Below the pieces are notes generated by a model. It made no database searches and was not told where the DNA came from. It saw only the letters and a program-made list of their open reading frames with translations. From the NCBI GenBank assembly GCA_946534345.1, contig CAMNCL010000005.1, positions 435 through 64,434 of the forward strand: DNA of 64,000 nt, read 5' to 3'. Each line of letters starts with the position of its first letter. The first letter of the stretch is position 1. Shown piece by piece: positions 26,419 to 35,096 of the stretch. A program made the position numbers and the translations under genes. This DNA comes from an uncultured Bacillales bacterium (lineage in GTDB: Bacteria; Bacillota_I; Bacilli_A; RF39; UBA660).

Positions 26419-28306
26419 TAGAAACACCTCCTTCATTTAGAGAAGTTTCATTTTCTAAAATCTTAGTTAATACTTTCTTTATTTCATTCTCTTCAATTGG
26501 TTTTACTAAACAATCTGAGAAGCCTTTACTATTATATAATTCTTTATCTTCAGTAGTTAAGGTATCAACCATAAGTATTGCTTTAGGAATATCTAATTTT
26601 AAATCTTTAATTTTATCATAAGCAAGTACTCCATCAAATACCGGTAATTGATCAGCTAAGAAAATAACATCATAATGATTATTTTTAACAGTATCAACTG
26701 CTTCTTCACCATTTTTACATACATCAACTTTAGCATTATACTTTTCTAATATTATCTTAACTAAATTTCTCTTAGTTTCATTCTCTTCTGCCACTAGAAT
26801 TCTCTTACCTGCTAAATCAAATGGTTTTTCTTCTTCTTTTTCTACTTTTGCTGTCTTAGGATCAAGCTTTTCTTCTGATTGTTGTTCTAGAGTGAACAAA
26901 TATCCATTTTCTTCTTTTAAATACTCTAATTTTCCATTCATTGCTTCAGCTAAGTTCTTCGCAACTAACATACCTAATGACTCACTATCCATGTTTAATC
27001 CAAATGCTGATTCAGCATTATCAACATCTAAAGATTCACGTGATTTACCAGGTAATTTAATAGTAAATACATATTCAAAAATATCATTCTTTTTTGGATT
27101 TCCTGTTACTTCTAATTGTACTTGTCCGCTTTTTGTATTAGCTAGAGCACTAGTTAATACATTAAATAATACTTTAGCTATTCTTTCTGAATCTCCTACT
27201 AATTCATTAGGAACACTCTTACTTACATTACAACTAAAACTAACATCATCACTTTTTATTTTCTCTTCTACATTACTGTTAACTTCAAATATCATTTGTC
27301 TAACATCATATTTCTTATTAACTATTTCTTCTTTTTCAGATAATACATGTGAATAGTCAGATATATTATTAATTAGCGATAATAATGAAACAGATGCTTC
27401 ATGAATATTAGTTATGTCTTCTCTTACACTTTCTTTAGTAATATTATCTTGTTCTAACAATAATTGACTAAGTCCCATAATAGTATTCATTGGAGAACGT
27501 ATTTGATGAGACATATTAGCTAAGAAATCTTTTTGTGAAGTAGTTGCATTTTCAGCATCTTCTTGTTTTTGCTTAGCCATATTTAATAATACATAATCTT
27601 GATTTTCTATAGTAAAGAAAATTCCTAATGCAAATATAGTTAATTGGAATGTTTCAATATTAATATCTATTCCTGTAATTAATCTGTGTGCTAAAAACAA
27701 AACTACTATTACTAATGATACAACACTAGGATATAAATCTCTTCTAGTAATACTGTCATTTTTTGCATATAAAAGAGCAACGAACATAGATGTTGAGACA
27801 AATACATAAATAAGAGTTACAGTTATCGGTACACTCTTAAAAGCATAAATACCATAATTTGTATATATTTCAACTGGCATTACAAATAATAATACAACTA
27901 TTACTACTTCTATTAGAACTATTAATGCAAAAAATATACGTTTTAAAACATTTCTCTTAGGATCACTCGAATTAAGAAATAATCGATATGTAATAACAAA
28001 TGCCCATGAAAAGAAAGTAGTAAACAAAATACTAATAAAGTATAACTGATATAATAAAGTAGCATACCTTCCATCTTCTCCTACATTTAAGTAATATAGT
28101 ACATATCCAATTTCAACTAAACTCATAACTATAATTGAACATAATACTAATATAAAATAACGACTTCTTTCTTCTAGTTTTTCTTTACGATTCTTAAAAA
28201 AATAAGAAAATATAACACATAAACAAATACAAATTGCACTTATTGAAAAACCTGTATTTGTAAAAAATAAAAGCACTGTATTCACATTATCAATCCTCTC
28301 TATCAT
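26411..28306 (-). CDS. hybrid sensor kinase/response regulator paralogue with intact H box but degenerate ATP-binding boxes
   Basis: It has a multi-TM N-terminus and the H box DFLANMSHQIRSPMNTIMG. In the CA region, G1 (DxGxG) is absent (FTIKLPGKS) and G2 is degenerate (SESLGMLVAKNL). The REC domain has EE instead of DD but retains Asp (FLADQLP) and Lys (LVKP). Confidence 0.8.
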   Translation of the reverse strand: MIERIDNVNTVLLFFTNTGFSISAICICLCVIFSYFFKNRKEKLEERSRYFILVLCSIIVMSLVEIGYVLYYLNVGEDGRYATLLYQLYFISILFTTFFSWAFVITYRLFLNSSDPKRNVLKRIFFALIVLIEVVIVVLLFVMPVEIYTNYGIYAFKSVPITVTLIYVFVSTSMFVALLYAKNDSITRRDLYPSVVSLVIVVLFLAHRLITGIDINIETFQLTIFALGIFFTIENQDYVLLNMAKQKQEDAENATTSQKDFLANMSHQIRSPMNTIMGLSQLLLEQDNITKESVREDITNIHEASVSLLSLINNISDYSHVLSEKEEIVNKKYDVRQMIFEVNSNVEEKIKSDDVSFSCNVSKSVPNELVGDSERIAKVLFNVLTSALANTKSGQVQLEVTGNPKKNDIFEYVFTIKLPGKSRESLDVDNAESAFGLNMDSESLGMLVAKNLAEAMNGKLEYLKEENGYLFTLEQQSEEKLDPKTAKVEKEEEKPFDLAGKRILVAEENETKRNLVKIILEKYNAKVDVCKNGEEAVDTVKNNHYDVIFLADQLPVFDGVLAYDKIKDLKLDIPKAILMVDTLTTEDKELYNSKGFSDCLVKPIEENEIKKVLTKILENETSLNEGGVSNE

Positions 28307-28370
28307 AATAATTCTAACACAATTGTTTCGTTATTTCTACTATAATTTTACGTAATTTTTTTGAATACAA

Positions 28371-28393
28371 AAGATTCGGCATAACCGAATCTC
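28371..28393 (-). terminator. rho-independent terminator after the DUF218 gene
   Basis: Minus strand reads agattcgg-ttatg-ccgaatct followed by a T-rich tail. Confidence 0.55.
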
Positions 28394-28397
28394 TAAA

Positions 28398-29825
28398 TCA
28401 TATATTATTTGCTAAGAAAGATATAAAAATCATACATATAATAAATACAAGAATAATTGTAAATACAAGTAAATGTTTCTTCTTTTCATTAAATAATGTA
28501 CCTATAAATTCTCTAATAAAGGCATTAATCCAGTAATAAGTTTTAGTTTTACTTCCTATTCCCTCTATATATAATCCCTGTGAAGAAGCAATTAATCCTG
28601 CTCTTAAGACATGATAATTAGTTGTAGAAAAAATAATATTAGATTTCTTATTCTTAATTAGTTTATTTGAATATTTAATATTTTCATATGTATTAGTAGA
28701 TTTATCTTCTACAATAATATTCTTTTCTTTAATACCATTTTCTAATAAATAATTATTTATTGCTTCAGCCTCAAATATAATTTCATCATTACCTTTACCA
28801 CCTGATGGTATAAATACTAAATCTTTTTTAGTCTTTTTAAGTTGTTCCAGTCTAAATTCTAAAGCCCTATCTACTCTACCCTTAAGTAATGGAGTTAGAC
28901 TTCCATCATTTCTTATCTTACATCCTAAGATAATTATATAATCCTTATCATATACTATTTTCTTTCGAGTAGCTTTTATTGCGATAACGACTGTCCCTAT
29001 TAGAATACACTCTAAATATACTACAATTAAATACACAACTGATTCTATAAAATTATATAAATATGGTCCAATACTATTTAAATCAAATATATTAATAGTT
29101 TGAGAAATTAGTAATTGTTTATATACAAAATCTGGTAATAAAGATAAAGTACAAAGAATTATTCCTAAGAAAAATGCCAATAGATTTCTTAATGATTTTC
29201 CTTCCCTCTTAATAAGAACAATACTACTTATAGTAACTAAAACAAATATAATGAAAGCTACTGGTAATAAGAATAATGAAAACATTCCAAATGAAGAAAT
29301 CATATTATTAACCGTACCATATAAACCATTATATCTAAATATTGATCTAATATTTATAAATAACATATTAAATGTAAAAATAATTATACCTAAATAAGCT
29401 ATATTTTTATATTGATATAGATTCTCTCTAATAGAAGTTCTATATCTTTTTATTAATATAACTAGTAAATAAATTAGAATTATAGAAATAGATATGGGTA
29501 TAGTTTCTGATCCTTTTGTATATCCAACAATATAATCAGAAGTAATTATTCCTGTTTTATGAATATATAATAACTTTATATTTTGAGTATCACCATCATC
29601 TGCGATTAAATATACTTTACCTGGGTTAATACCTTTTACTTTTACAATATATTTATTATTAACTTTCTTCTCATTTATTATTTTTGCTTTTCCAGTACTA
29701 TTTTCAATATGAATACTATAATTATCACTAACATTATAACTAGTCTCATATGTTCTACCCATAACTAGAATTGTTATTGTTGAAATAATTATTAAAAAAA
29801 ATGTTAATAAAGTGATTTTTTTCAT
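28398..29825 (-). CDS. membrane protein with C-terminal YdcF/DUF218 (SanA/ElyC-like) domain
   Basis: The C-terminal domain carries IIILGCKI..DGSLTPLLKGRVDRALEF ... FIPSGGKG ... EDKSTNTYENIKYS ... STTNYHVLRA, typical of DUF218. It is preceded by about 7 TM helices. I moved the start to MKKITLL (ATG at 29825). Confidence 0.8.
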   Translation of the reverse strand: MKKITLLTFFLIIISTITILVMGRTYETSYNVSDNYSIHIENSTGKAKIINEKKVNNKYIVKVKGINPGKVYLIADDGDTQNIKLLYIHKTGIITSDYIVGYTKGSETIPISISIILIYLLVILIKRYRTSIRENLYQYKNIAYLGIIIFTFNMLFINIRSIFRYNGLYGTVNNMISSFGMFSLFLLPVAFIIFVLVTISSIVLIKREGKSLRNLLAFFLGIILCTLSLLPDFVYKQLLISQTINIFDLNSIGPYLYNFIESVVYLIVVYLECILIGTVVIAIKATRKKIVYDKDYIIILGCKIRNDGSLTPLLKGRVDRALEFRLEQLKKTKKDLVFIPSGGKGNDEIIFEAEAINNYLLENGIKEKNIIVEDKSTNTYENIKYSNKLIKNKKSNIIFSTTNYHVLRAGLIASSQGLYIEGIGSKTKTYYWINAFIREFIGTLFNEKKKHLLVFTIILVFIICMIFISFLANNI

Positions 29826-29894
29826 TCTATCATTCCTTTTATACTTATAATATATCACAAAGAAAAATTATATATAGCAAAATAGATTATATTT

Positions 29895-30917
29895 CTATAA
29901 TCTATTTTTATACCAATCCATGAATTCTGATTCACTTGGTGTTTGTATTTTAATTGTTTTATCATCATGTGTTTTCACTTTAATTACATAGAAACCACCA
30001 TCATCATTATGATCAACTGACAATACTTCTTTAATCAAATCTATTTTTATTACAGAATAGATACATCCACTTTCAGTTATAAACCAATCTTTGTTATGAA
30101 AAGGAACTCTGTTAGCACCTATTTTCTTCATTTCCTCATTAAAATTAATATTTAATGCTTTTTCAACATATCTTATATGTAAGTAAGATGGAAATAATAA
30201 AAAAACAGCTAATACTATAAAAAAGGCACTCATAACACCAACAATTTCAAAAAACATTATTAAACTTGAGACTATACCACTTTCATTGAATACCTTTGCA
30301 GCTTCAACTACACCAACTATTACACCTAAACCAACGAATAGTCCCCCTATAGCTAATAAGTTAGAGTTTCTAGTTATAATCCAACTTTTACTAACAGTTT
30401 TAGTTTTTTCTCCATCCTGTGAAAATTTAATATTTTCCTCTTCTAGTCTTTTTTTCATATTTTGATATCCAGTCATATCACTGTCTAATGAAAAAATCTT
30501 TTTCTTATTATTAAATACAGTTAATGTAGACCCATACTCATAGTAATGGGTTATATTTTTAAAATTATATTTTCTTATACATGGAAATGGTAAAATTTGT
30601 GAAACAGTAATTATGTCTTCAGAAACAGTAATCTTTTTTAAAGAATAAATACCAAATAATACTGAAAAAACTGCTGCAAGAGCAAAACCTATCCAAACAT
30701 AATATCCATTTTCAACAGTAGCTGTCTCATGAATAATGATAGCAACGGCTCCAAATATTAGTCCACATACAGATATAATTATTGATTCAATTTTTTCTAA
30801 ATTAACAGTAAAATTTTTAGTTGATGCTTGATATGAAGCCTGCTTAGCCCTAACATATGAAAGAAACAATCCAACTACATCTAATACCAAAAATAATGAA
30901 AACATTTTAAACAACAT
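29895..30917 (-). CDS. hypothetical polytopic membrane protein
   Basis: The ORF has several TM helices and two soluble beta-rich segments. I moved the start to the ATG at 30917, after GGAGG. The track TTG lies inside that site. Confidence 0.6.
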   Translation of the reverse strand: MLFKMFSLFLVLDVVGLFLSYVRAKQASYQASTKNFTVNLEKIESIIISVCGLIFGAVAIIIHETATVENGYYVWIGFALAAVFSVLFGIYSLKKITVSEDIITVSQILPFPCIRKYNFKNITHYYEYGSTLTVFNNKKKIFSLDSDMTGYQNMKKRLEEENIKFSQDGEKTKTVSKSWIITRNSNLLAIGGLFVGLGVIVGVVEAAKVFNESGIVSSLIMFFEIVGVMSAFFIVLAVFLLFPSYLHIRYVEKALNINFNEEMKKIGANRVPFHNKDWFITESGCIYSVIKIDLIKEVLSVDHNDDGGFYVIKVKTHDDKTIKIQTPSESEFMDWYKNRL

Positions 30918-31145
30918 AATAACAACCTCCAATTACAATTTATTTTAAATTTAAAAGCAAATCTTTCATCTATATATTTATAATTCTTAATCTAACCAGA
31001 ATACAGTATAGCATCAAATAGTTTTTCTTTATTCTTTTTATCATCTAAAAAGTTCTTTACTTCTGTTTCACTCTTAAATGTTACATCATACATATCAAAT
31101 TATATAATAGAAAACAAAATAAAACTAGACTATATACAAAAAAAT

Positions 31146-31167
31146 AACACTGTCTTACGACAGTGTT
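31146..31167 (-). terminator. rho-independent terminator, copy 1 of the ACACTGTC-N4-GACAGTGT stem
   Basis: aacactgtc-ttac-gacagtgtt, with an A7 run on the plus strand that reads as T7 on the minus strand. Confidence 0.7.
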
Positions 31168-31256
31168 TTTAATAATATTCTAAATTATACTTTTGGGTTT
31201 CTTTACAAGATCCATCTCCATAAGAATAACATGAATATATATGTTATTCTCCTCTT

Positions 31257-32096
31257 CTAAATTACTAAATCAACTAATAAACCAATAATAACTCCCACGA
31301 AGTATATAATTGATAAAACTGTAATGTTTTCTTTCATGTTTTTATTTGTTCTAAATAATAATAGAATACCTAGTCCACTACCTGATAATAATCCCGCAAG
31401 CATTGTCCCTACTGTAATCATCTGAGCTAAGTATAATTCAGTTATAATTACACTACCAGCACAATTTGGTATTAATCCAACTAAACTAGATAAGAAATAA
31501 GTAAGTATATTATTATGTAATAATATATTAGAAACATTTTCTTCTCCTACTTCAAAGATTATTACATTGATTATTAAATTAGCTAATAAAACAAATAATC
31601 CTATTTTTAAAGTATGTTTTAAACTTGAAACAATAATTCCATCATGATCACAACTACAATGATCATGATCACATATTTCTTTTATTTCGTTCTTTTTTGA
31701 TACTTCTTTACGATAAACTAAATCAATAATAAATCCAATGATAATTCCTACTACAACTTTAAAAGATAGTATCTTAAGTAGAATCATAATATCTACTTTT
31801 TCACTTATCATTATAGGTAACATTTCATCACTTGTCGATAAGAATACAGCTATTAAAGTACCCATAGTTATAACTCTAGCCGAAAATAAATTTGCAGCCA
31901 TAGAACTAAATCCACATTGTGGTAAAGCTCCTAATATTCCTCCAACTAAAGGACCATATTTTTTGTTTTTAGTTAATATCTTTTGATTCTTTTTACTAAG
32001 TTTGTGTTCAATTAACTCTAATATAACAAAAGTAATAAACAAATATGGTAATAACTTCAATGTATCTATTAAACCATCTGTTAAACAATCTATCAT
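31257..32096 (-). CDS. putative heavy-metal permease (ArsP_2 / 10-TM exporter-like) with Cys/His-rich loop
   Basis: The N-terminus LIDTLKLLPYLFITFVILELIEHK and the GALPQCGFS motif resemble the PF11449 family as I remember it. The central loop is CDHDHCSCDHDG. It lies 3 nt downstream of the Fur-family gene. Confidence 0.65.
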   Translation of the reverse strand: MIDCLTDGLIDTLKLLPYLFITFVILELIEHKLSKKNQKILTKNKKYGPLVGGILGALPQCGFSSMAANLFSARVITMGTLIAVFLSTSDEMLPIMISEKVDIMILLKILSFKVVVGIIIGFIIDLVYRKEVSKKNEIKEICDHDHCSCDHDGIIVSSLKHTLKIGLFVLLANLIINVIIFEVGEENVSNILLHNNILTYFLSSLVGLIPNCAGSVIITELYLAQMITVGTMLAGLLSGSGLGILLLFRTNKNMKENITVLSIIYFVGVIIGLLVDLVI

Positions 32097-32099
32097 TTT

Positions 32100-32501
32100 T
32101 TACCTCCTAGTTTGTATGCATTTTTCACAAATACCATTAATAATTATATGTTCTTTACTTGGCCTAAAATTATGTTTCTTAAATAGATGATCTGACAATT
32201 CCCCTATACAATCACAATCTACATGAATCATATTTCCACATTTTTCACATTTTAAATAAAAATGATTGTCTTCAGAACACTCTTCTAAATATTGATAATA
32301 AGTAGTATTATCTTTACCAATATTTTTACTCAATCTTCCATCATCTACTAACTTATCTACCAATCTATAAATAGTAGTTAATCCTATTGTATTATCTAAT
32401 TGATTATAAATATCTTTAATAGTAAATTCTTGCTTTTCTTTTTTTATAATATTTAGAACAATAGCTTTTTGTTTTGTATTATATGATTCTCTTTTTGCCA
32501 T
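32100..32501 (-). CDS. Fur family transcriptional repressor (Zur/PerR-like)
   Basis: 133 aa. It has a winged-helix N-terminus (TTIYRLVDKLVDDG), an HFYLKCEKCG ... CEKC pair of CxxC motifs and a His/Cys-rich metal site. Confidence 0.85.
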   Translation of the reverse strand: MAKRESYNTKQKAIVLNIIKKEKQEFTIKDIYNQLDNTIGLTTIYRLVDKLVDDGRLSKNIGKDNTTYYQYLEECSEDNHFYLKCEKCGNMIHVDCDCIGELSDHLFKKHNFRPSKEHIIINGICEKCIQTRR

Positions 32502-32516
32502 ATAATCACTCCAATT

Positions 32517-32531
32517 TGAAAATGATTTTCA
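32517..32531. promoter_or_regulatory. Fur-box-like 7-1-7 palindrome
   Basis: TGAAAAT-G-ATTTTCA is a perfect palindrome 16 nt upstream of the fur-family ATG. It has the same architecture as Fur/PerR/Zur 7-1-7 boxes. Confidence 0.6.
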
Positions 32532-32572
32532 TATTAGATTATATATGATTATGATGATTTATGCAATAAAAA

Positions 32573-32600
32573 AATAACACTGTCTTTAGACAGTGTTATT
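32573..32600 (-). terminator. rho-independent terminator, copy 2 of the ACACTGTC stem
   Basis: aataacactgtc-ttta-gacagtgttatt, with T7 on the minus strand. It lies just after the stop of the 32602 gene. Confidence 0.7.
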
Positions 32601-32601
32601 T

Positions 32602-32931
32602 CTATTTCTTTTTAAGTTTTTTTATCTCTTTATCAGCAGCTTCATACTGTTTCTTTAATGATTCAACTTCCCATACTCCATCATCAGGTCCTAGTGGTGA
32701 AGTCACAACTCTATCATTATTATAAATATTATAATTATGAATAGCGGTTCCAATACCAGCAACAGCTCCTGCAATTGAACCTACTAATAAATAGTTATTA
32801 TCCATAACTACACCTAATGTAAGTAATCCAGTACTAGTAATTAACATAGTGGGAGCAGTTCCCATTATTAAATTAACTTTGTGCTTTATTCTTTCATTCT
32901 TTTTAATTTTTTTATTCATATCATTATTCAT
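32602..32931 (-). CDS. small membrane protein
   Basis: It has two Gly-rich TM helices (GTAPTMLITSTGLLTLGVV, VGSIAGAVAGIGTAI). I moved the start to the ATG at 32931, 6 nt after GAGGGG. Confidence 0.5.
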   Translation of the reverse strand: MNNDMNKKIKKNERIKHKVNLIMGTAPTMLITSTGLLTLGVVMDNNYLLVGSIAGAVAGIGTAIHNYNIYNNDRVVTSPLGPDDGVWEVESLKKQYEAADKEIKKLKKK

Positions 32932-33048
32932 ATATAACCCCTCAATGTGCACATATTATACCATATTTATCGATAATAGTCAAATAAATCAACCTTAGAT
33001 CATATTAAATAAAAAGCTTAGCAAAGAAAAAAGACTATTTCTAGTCTT

Positions 33049-34359
33049 TTAATTACCACTATATTTATATATAATCCATTGGCTATTCATATAATTATCA
33101 GTAACAAAATATGTAAATTTATATCCACTATTTGTAGTAAACTTAATAGCATCTTGTTCATCAAATGAATTAATTGCTGTTCCTACTGTATATGTTCCAT
33201 CTTCATCTATATTTCTAGTTTCACCTGAAGATTGTTCAAAATTAGTTTTAATATGAAATTTACCATTAGGCTTTAAAGTAATTGTTCCATATAATTGTCC
33301 TCCATCAGGACCAATTTGATTAGAAGTAGTATAATTACCAAATTTCAAATTATGACTTCCTACAGTTAATCCTTTAGCATATAATGCTGCTTCTGCTTCT
33401 TTAGCTTTTTTCTCTTCATCCGCTTTTATTTCATTTTTTGCATTTTCAATATCTTGTTTAACTTTTTCAATTAAATCAATTTGTTCTTTAACTATTTTTT
33501 TAATAGATTTATTTAATAAATCATCTATGTTTTTACATTCATCTACTTCATCAACAACTTCTTGTCTTAATTTAATAACATCCATATCTTTTTTATAATT
33601 GATATATTCTGGTTCAACATTTGTATCAACTATTAACTCATCAATTTTATCATATTCTAATACTTTACCATCTAATGTCTTTTGTTCTACCTTTTGTTCA
33701 GTAACAGGTAAATTTATAACATCTCTACTAGTATCACTATCTTTCTTTTTAGAAATTTCATCATATAAATCTTTAAATTCTTTTGAATCAAAATCAGTAA
33801 TACCTCTCTTCTTAGCTTCTTTTTCTACATTATAATTATCAAAATCATATTTCATAGTATCTAAAGAAAAATAATAATCAAAACCATTTTCGTTTTCTAA
33901 ATGAAGATAATACTTATAATCTTTCTTTTCAATATTATAGTATAATTTAACTTCTGCCTTTTCTGCACTATCTCCCTGTATAAATTTAACAGAATCATCT
34001 TCTATACCAAATATATTATATTCTTCACATTTTGTTTTTCCATCACTACAATCTCTATCAGACTTCACTAACATCATAGGATCTTCCGTATTTTTAGTCT
34101 TAACAAAGCTTACTTCAGCTTTTCCATTAAATGGATAATTTGCTTGTTTTGATTTATTTTGCTCTTTTAAAAACTTATAATATATATCAGACCAATCACT
34201 ACCGGTAGTTTTATTTTCTAAACTATTTCTATATACAAGAAAACCTATTACTCCAAGTAGACTTAGTACTATTATTGATAATATTACAATAATTATAATT
34301 AACTTTTTCTTAGACTTCTTATTATCTTTTCCTTTCTTATTTTTCTTTTTTGTAGCCAT
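33049..34359 (-). CDS. hypothetical membrane-anchored protein with coiled-coil segment
   Basis: It has a Lys-rich N-terminus, then a TM helix (LIIIIVILSIIVLSLLGVIGFLV) and an extracytoplasmic region. I moved the start to the ATG at 34359, after AAAGGTGGG. Confidence 0.6.
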   Translation of the reverse strand: MATKKKNKKGKDNKKSKKKLIIIIVILSIIVLSLLGVIGFLVYRNSLENKTTGSDWSDIYYKFLKEQNKSKQANYPFNGKAEVSFVKTKNTEDPMMLVKSDRDCSDGKTKCEEYNIFGIEDDSVKFIQGDSAEKAEVKLYYNIEKKDYKYYLHLENENGFDYYFSLDTMKYDFDNYNVEKEAKKRGITDFDSKEFKDLYDEISKKKDSDTSRDVINLPVTEQKVEQKTLDGKVLEYDKIDELIVDTNVEPEYINYKKDMDVIKLRQEVVDEVDECKNIDDLLNKSIKKIVKEQIDLIEKVKQDIENAKNEIKADEEKKAKEAEAALYAKGLTVGSHNLKFGNYTTSNQIGPDGGQLYGTITLKPNGKFHIKTNFEQSSGETRNIDEDGTYTVGTAINSFDEQDAIKFTTNSGYKFTYFVTDNYMNSQWIIYKYSGN

Positions 34360-34450
34360 GTTATTCCCACCTTTCAAAAAAATTATACAAATAAAAAGCA
34401 ATTTTATCAATACATTAATATATTTTATTTACTAATATATATTTTTTTAT

Positions 34451-34553
34451 AAAAAAAGTGACACTGTCTCACGACAGTGTCTTCAGGGGGTTCGGTTGAA
34501 TATACTCTAACATTAGATCGTTAGAGATATCGGCGTGATATGCATCACGCATC
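34451..34553 (-). ncRNA. candidate ~100-nt sRNA with a C-rich single-stranded motif
   Basis: The minus strand has TTGACA-17-TATGAT (34585..34557). Then come hairpins GCGUGAU-GCAU-AUCACGC and CUCUAAC-N8-GUUAGAG, an unpaired CAACCGAACCCCCUGAAG, and the terminator GACACUGUC-GUGA-GACAGUGUC plus U7. No ORF or RBS is present. Confidence 0.5.
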
Positions 34554-34605
34554 TTAATCATAAAGTATATTTTATAAATTGTCAATTGAGTTTGAATAAT
34601 TTATT

Positions 34606-35010
34606 TTATTTTTTAGTTCCTTTAACTTCTGTATTTTCTTTTTCTTTAGCTTTTGCATTAAAGTATTTACCAAATCTTAAAGCAGCTTTTTCTATTGTAT
34701 TATCTTCTTCAAATACTGGTGCTTCTTTAGAATACTCTTCGTCTTTTTCTCCTCTAGTAGTTCTTAAAAATTCAAAAATACTTTCCTTATATTTTCCTCT
34801 TCCTACATCAAAAACTAAACTAGCTTCATCTATCATACTTCCAGGTATTCTTCTTTCCAATAATTCTTCATCTGAAAATCCTTCATTTAAATCCATACGA
34901 ACATCTTGAAGTAAACTAAAGAAGTATTTAGCTCCTTCTAATCTAGTATCATATCCTAATTTGTTAAATACATAAAAATAATTTGCATATTCTGACTTTG
35001 CAGTTTCCAT
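34606..35010 (-). CDS. hypothetical protein
   Basis: 134-aa ORF with a Lys/Glu-rich tail. I recognised no motif. The overlapping plus-strand track ORF is its shadow. Confidence 0.55.
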   Translation of the reverse strand: METAKSEYANYFYVFNKLGYDTRLEGAKYFFSLLQDVRMDLNEGFSDEELLERRIPGSMIDEASLVFDVGRGKYKESIFEFLRTTRGEKDEEYSKEAPVFEEDNTIEKAALRFGKYFNAKAKEKENTEVKGTKK

Positions 35011-35096
35011 AATCTTGTTTTCCTCCCATAAAAAATATGAAATATTCTTTCATATTTTTATTATATTATTTTAATTATTTAAGTGTCAATTAACCA

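Noticed and set aside
26411-26436. A 26-nt overlap between the two kinase genes, implied by the ORF-track start MKEVFLM...
   Set aside because: The codons AAG GAG GTG of that extension form a perfect AAGGAGGTG Shine-Dalgarno 6 nt upstream of the internal ATG at 26418. I re-assigned the start, which leaves an 8-nt overlap.
30992-31093. 33-aa minus-strand ORF (MYDVTFKSETEVKNFLDDKKNKEKLFDAILYSG) in the 324-bp gap between 30932 and 31257
   Set aside because: It has no ribosome-binding site or promoter and no hydrophobic or recognisable motif. It is probably chance, or at most a gene remnant.
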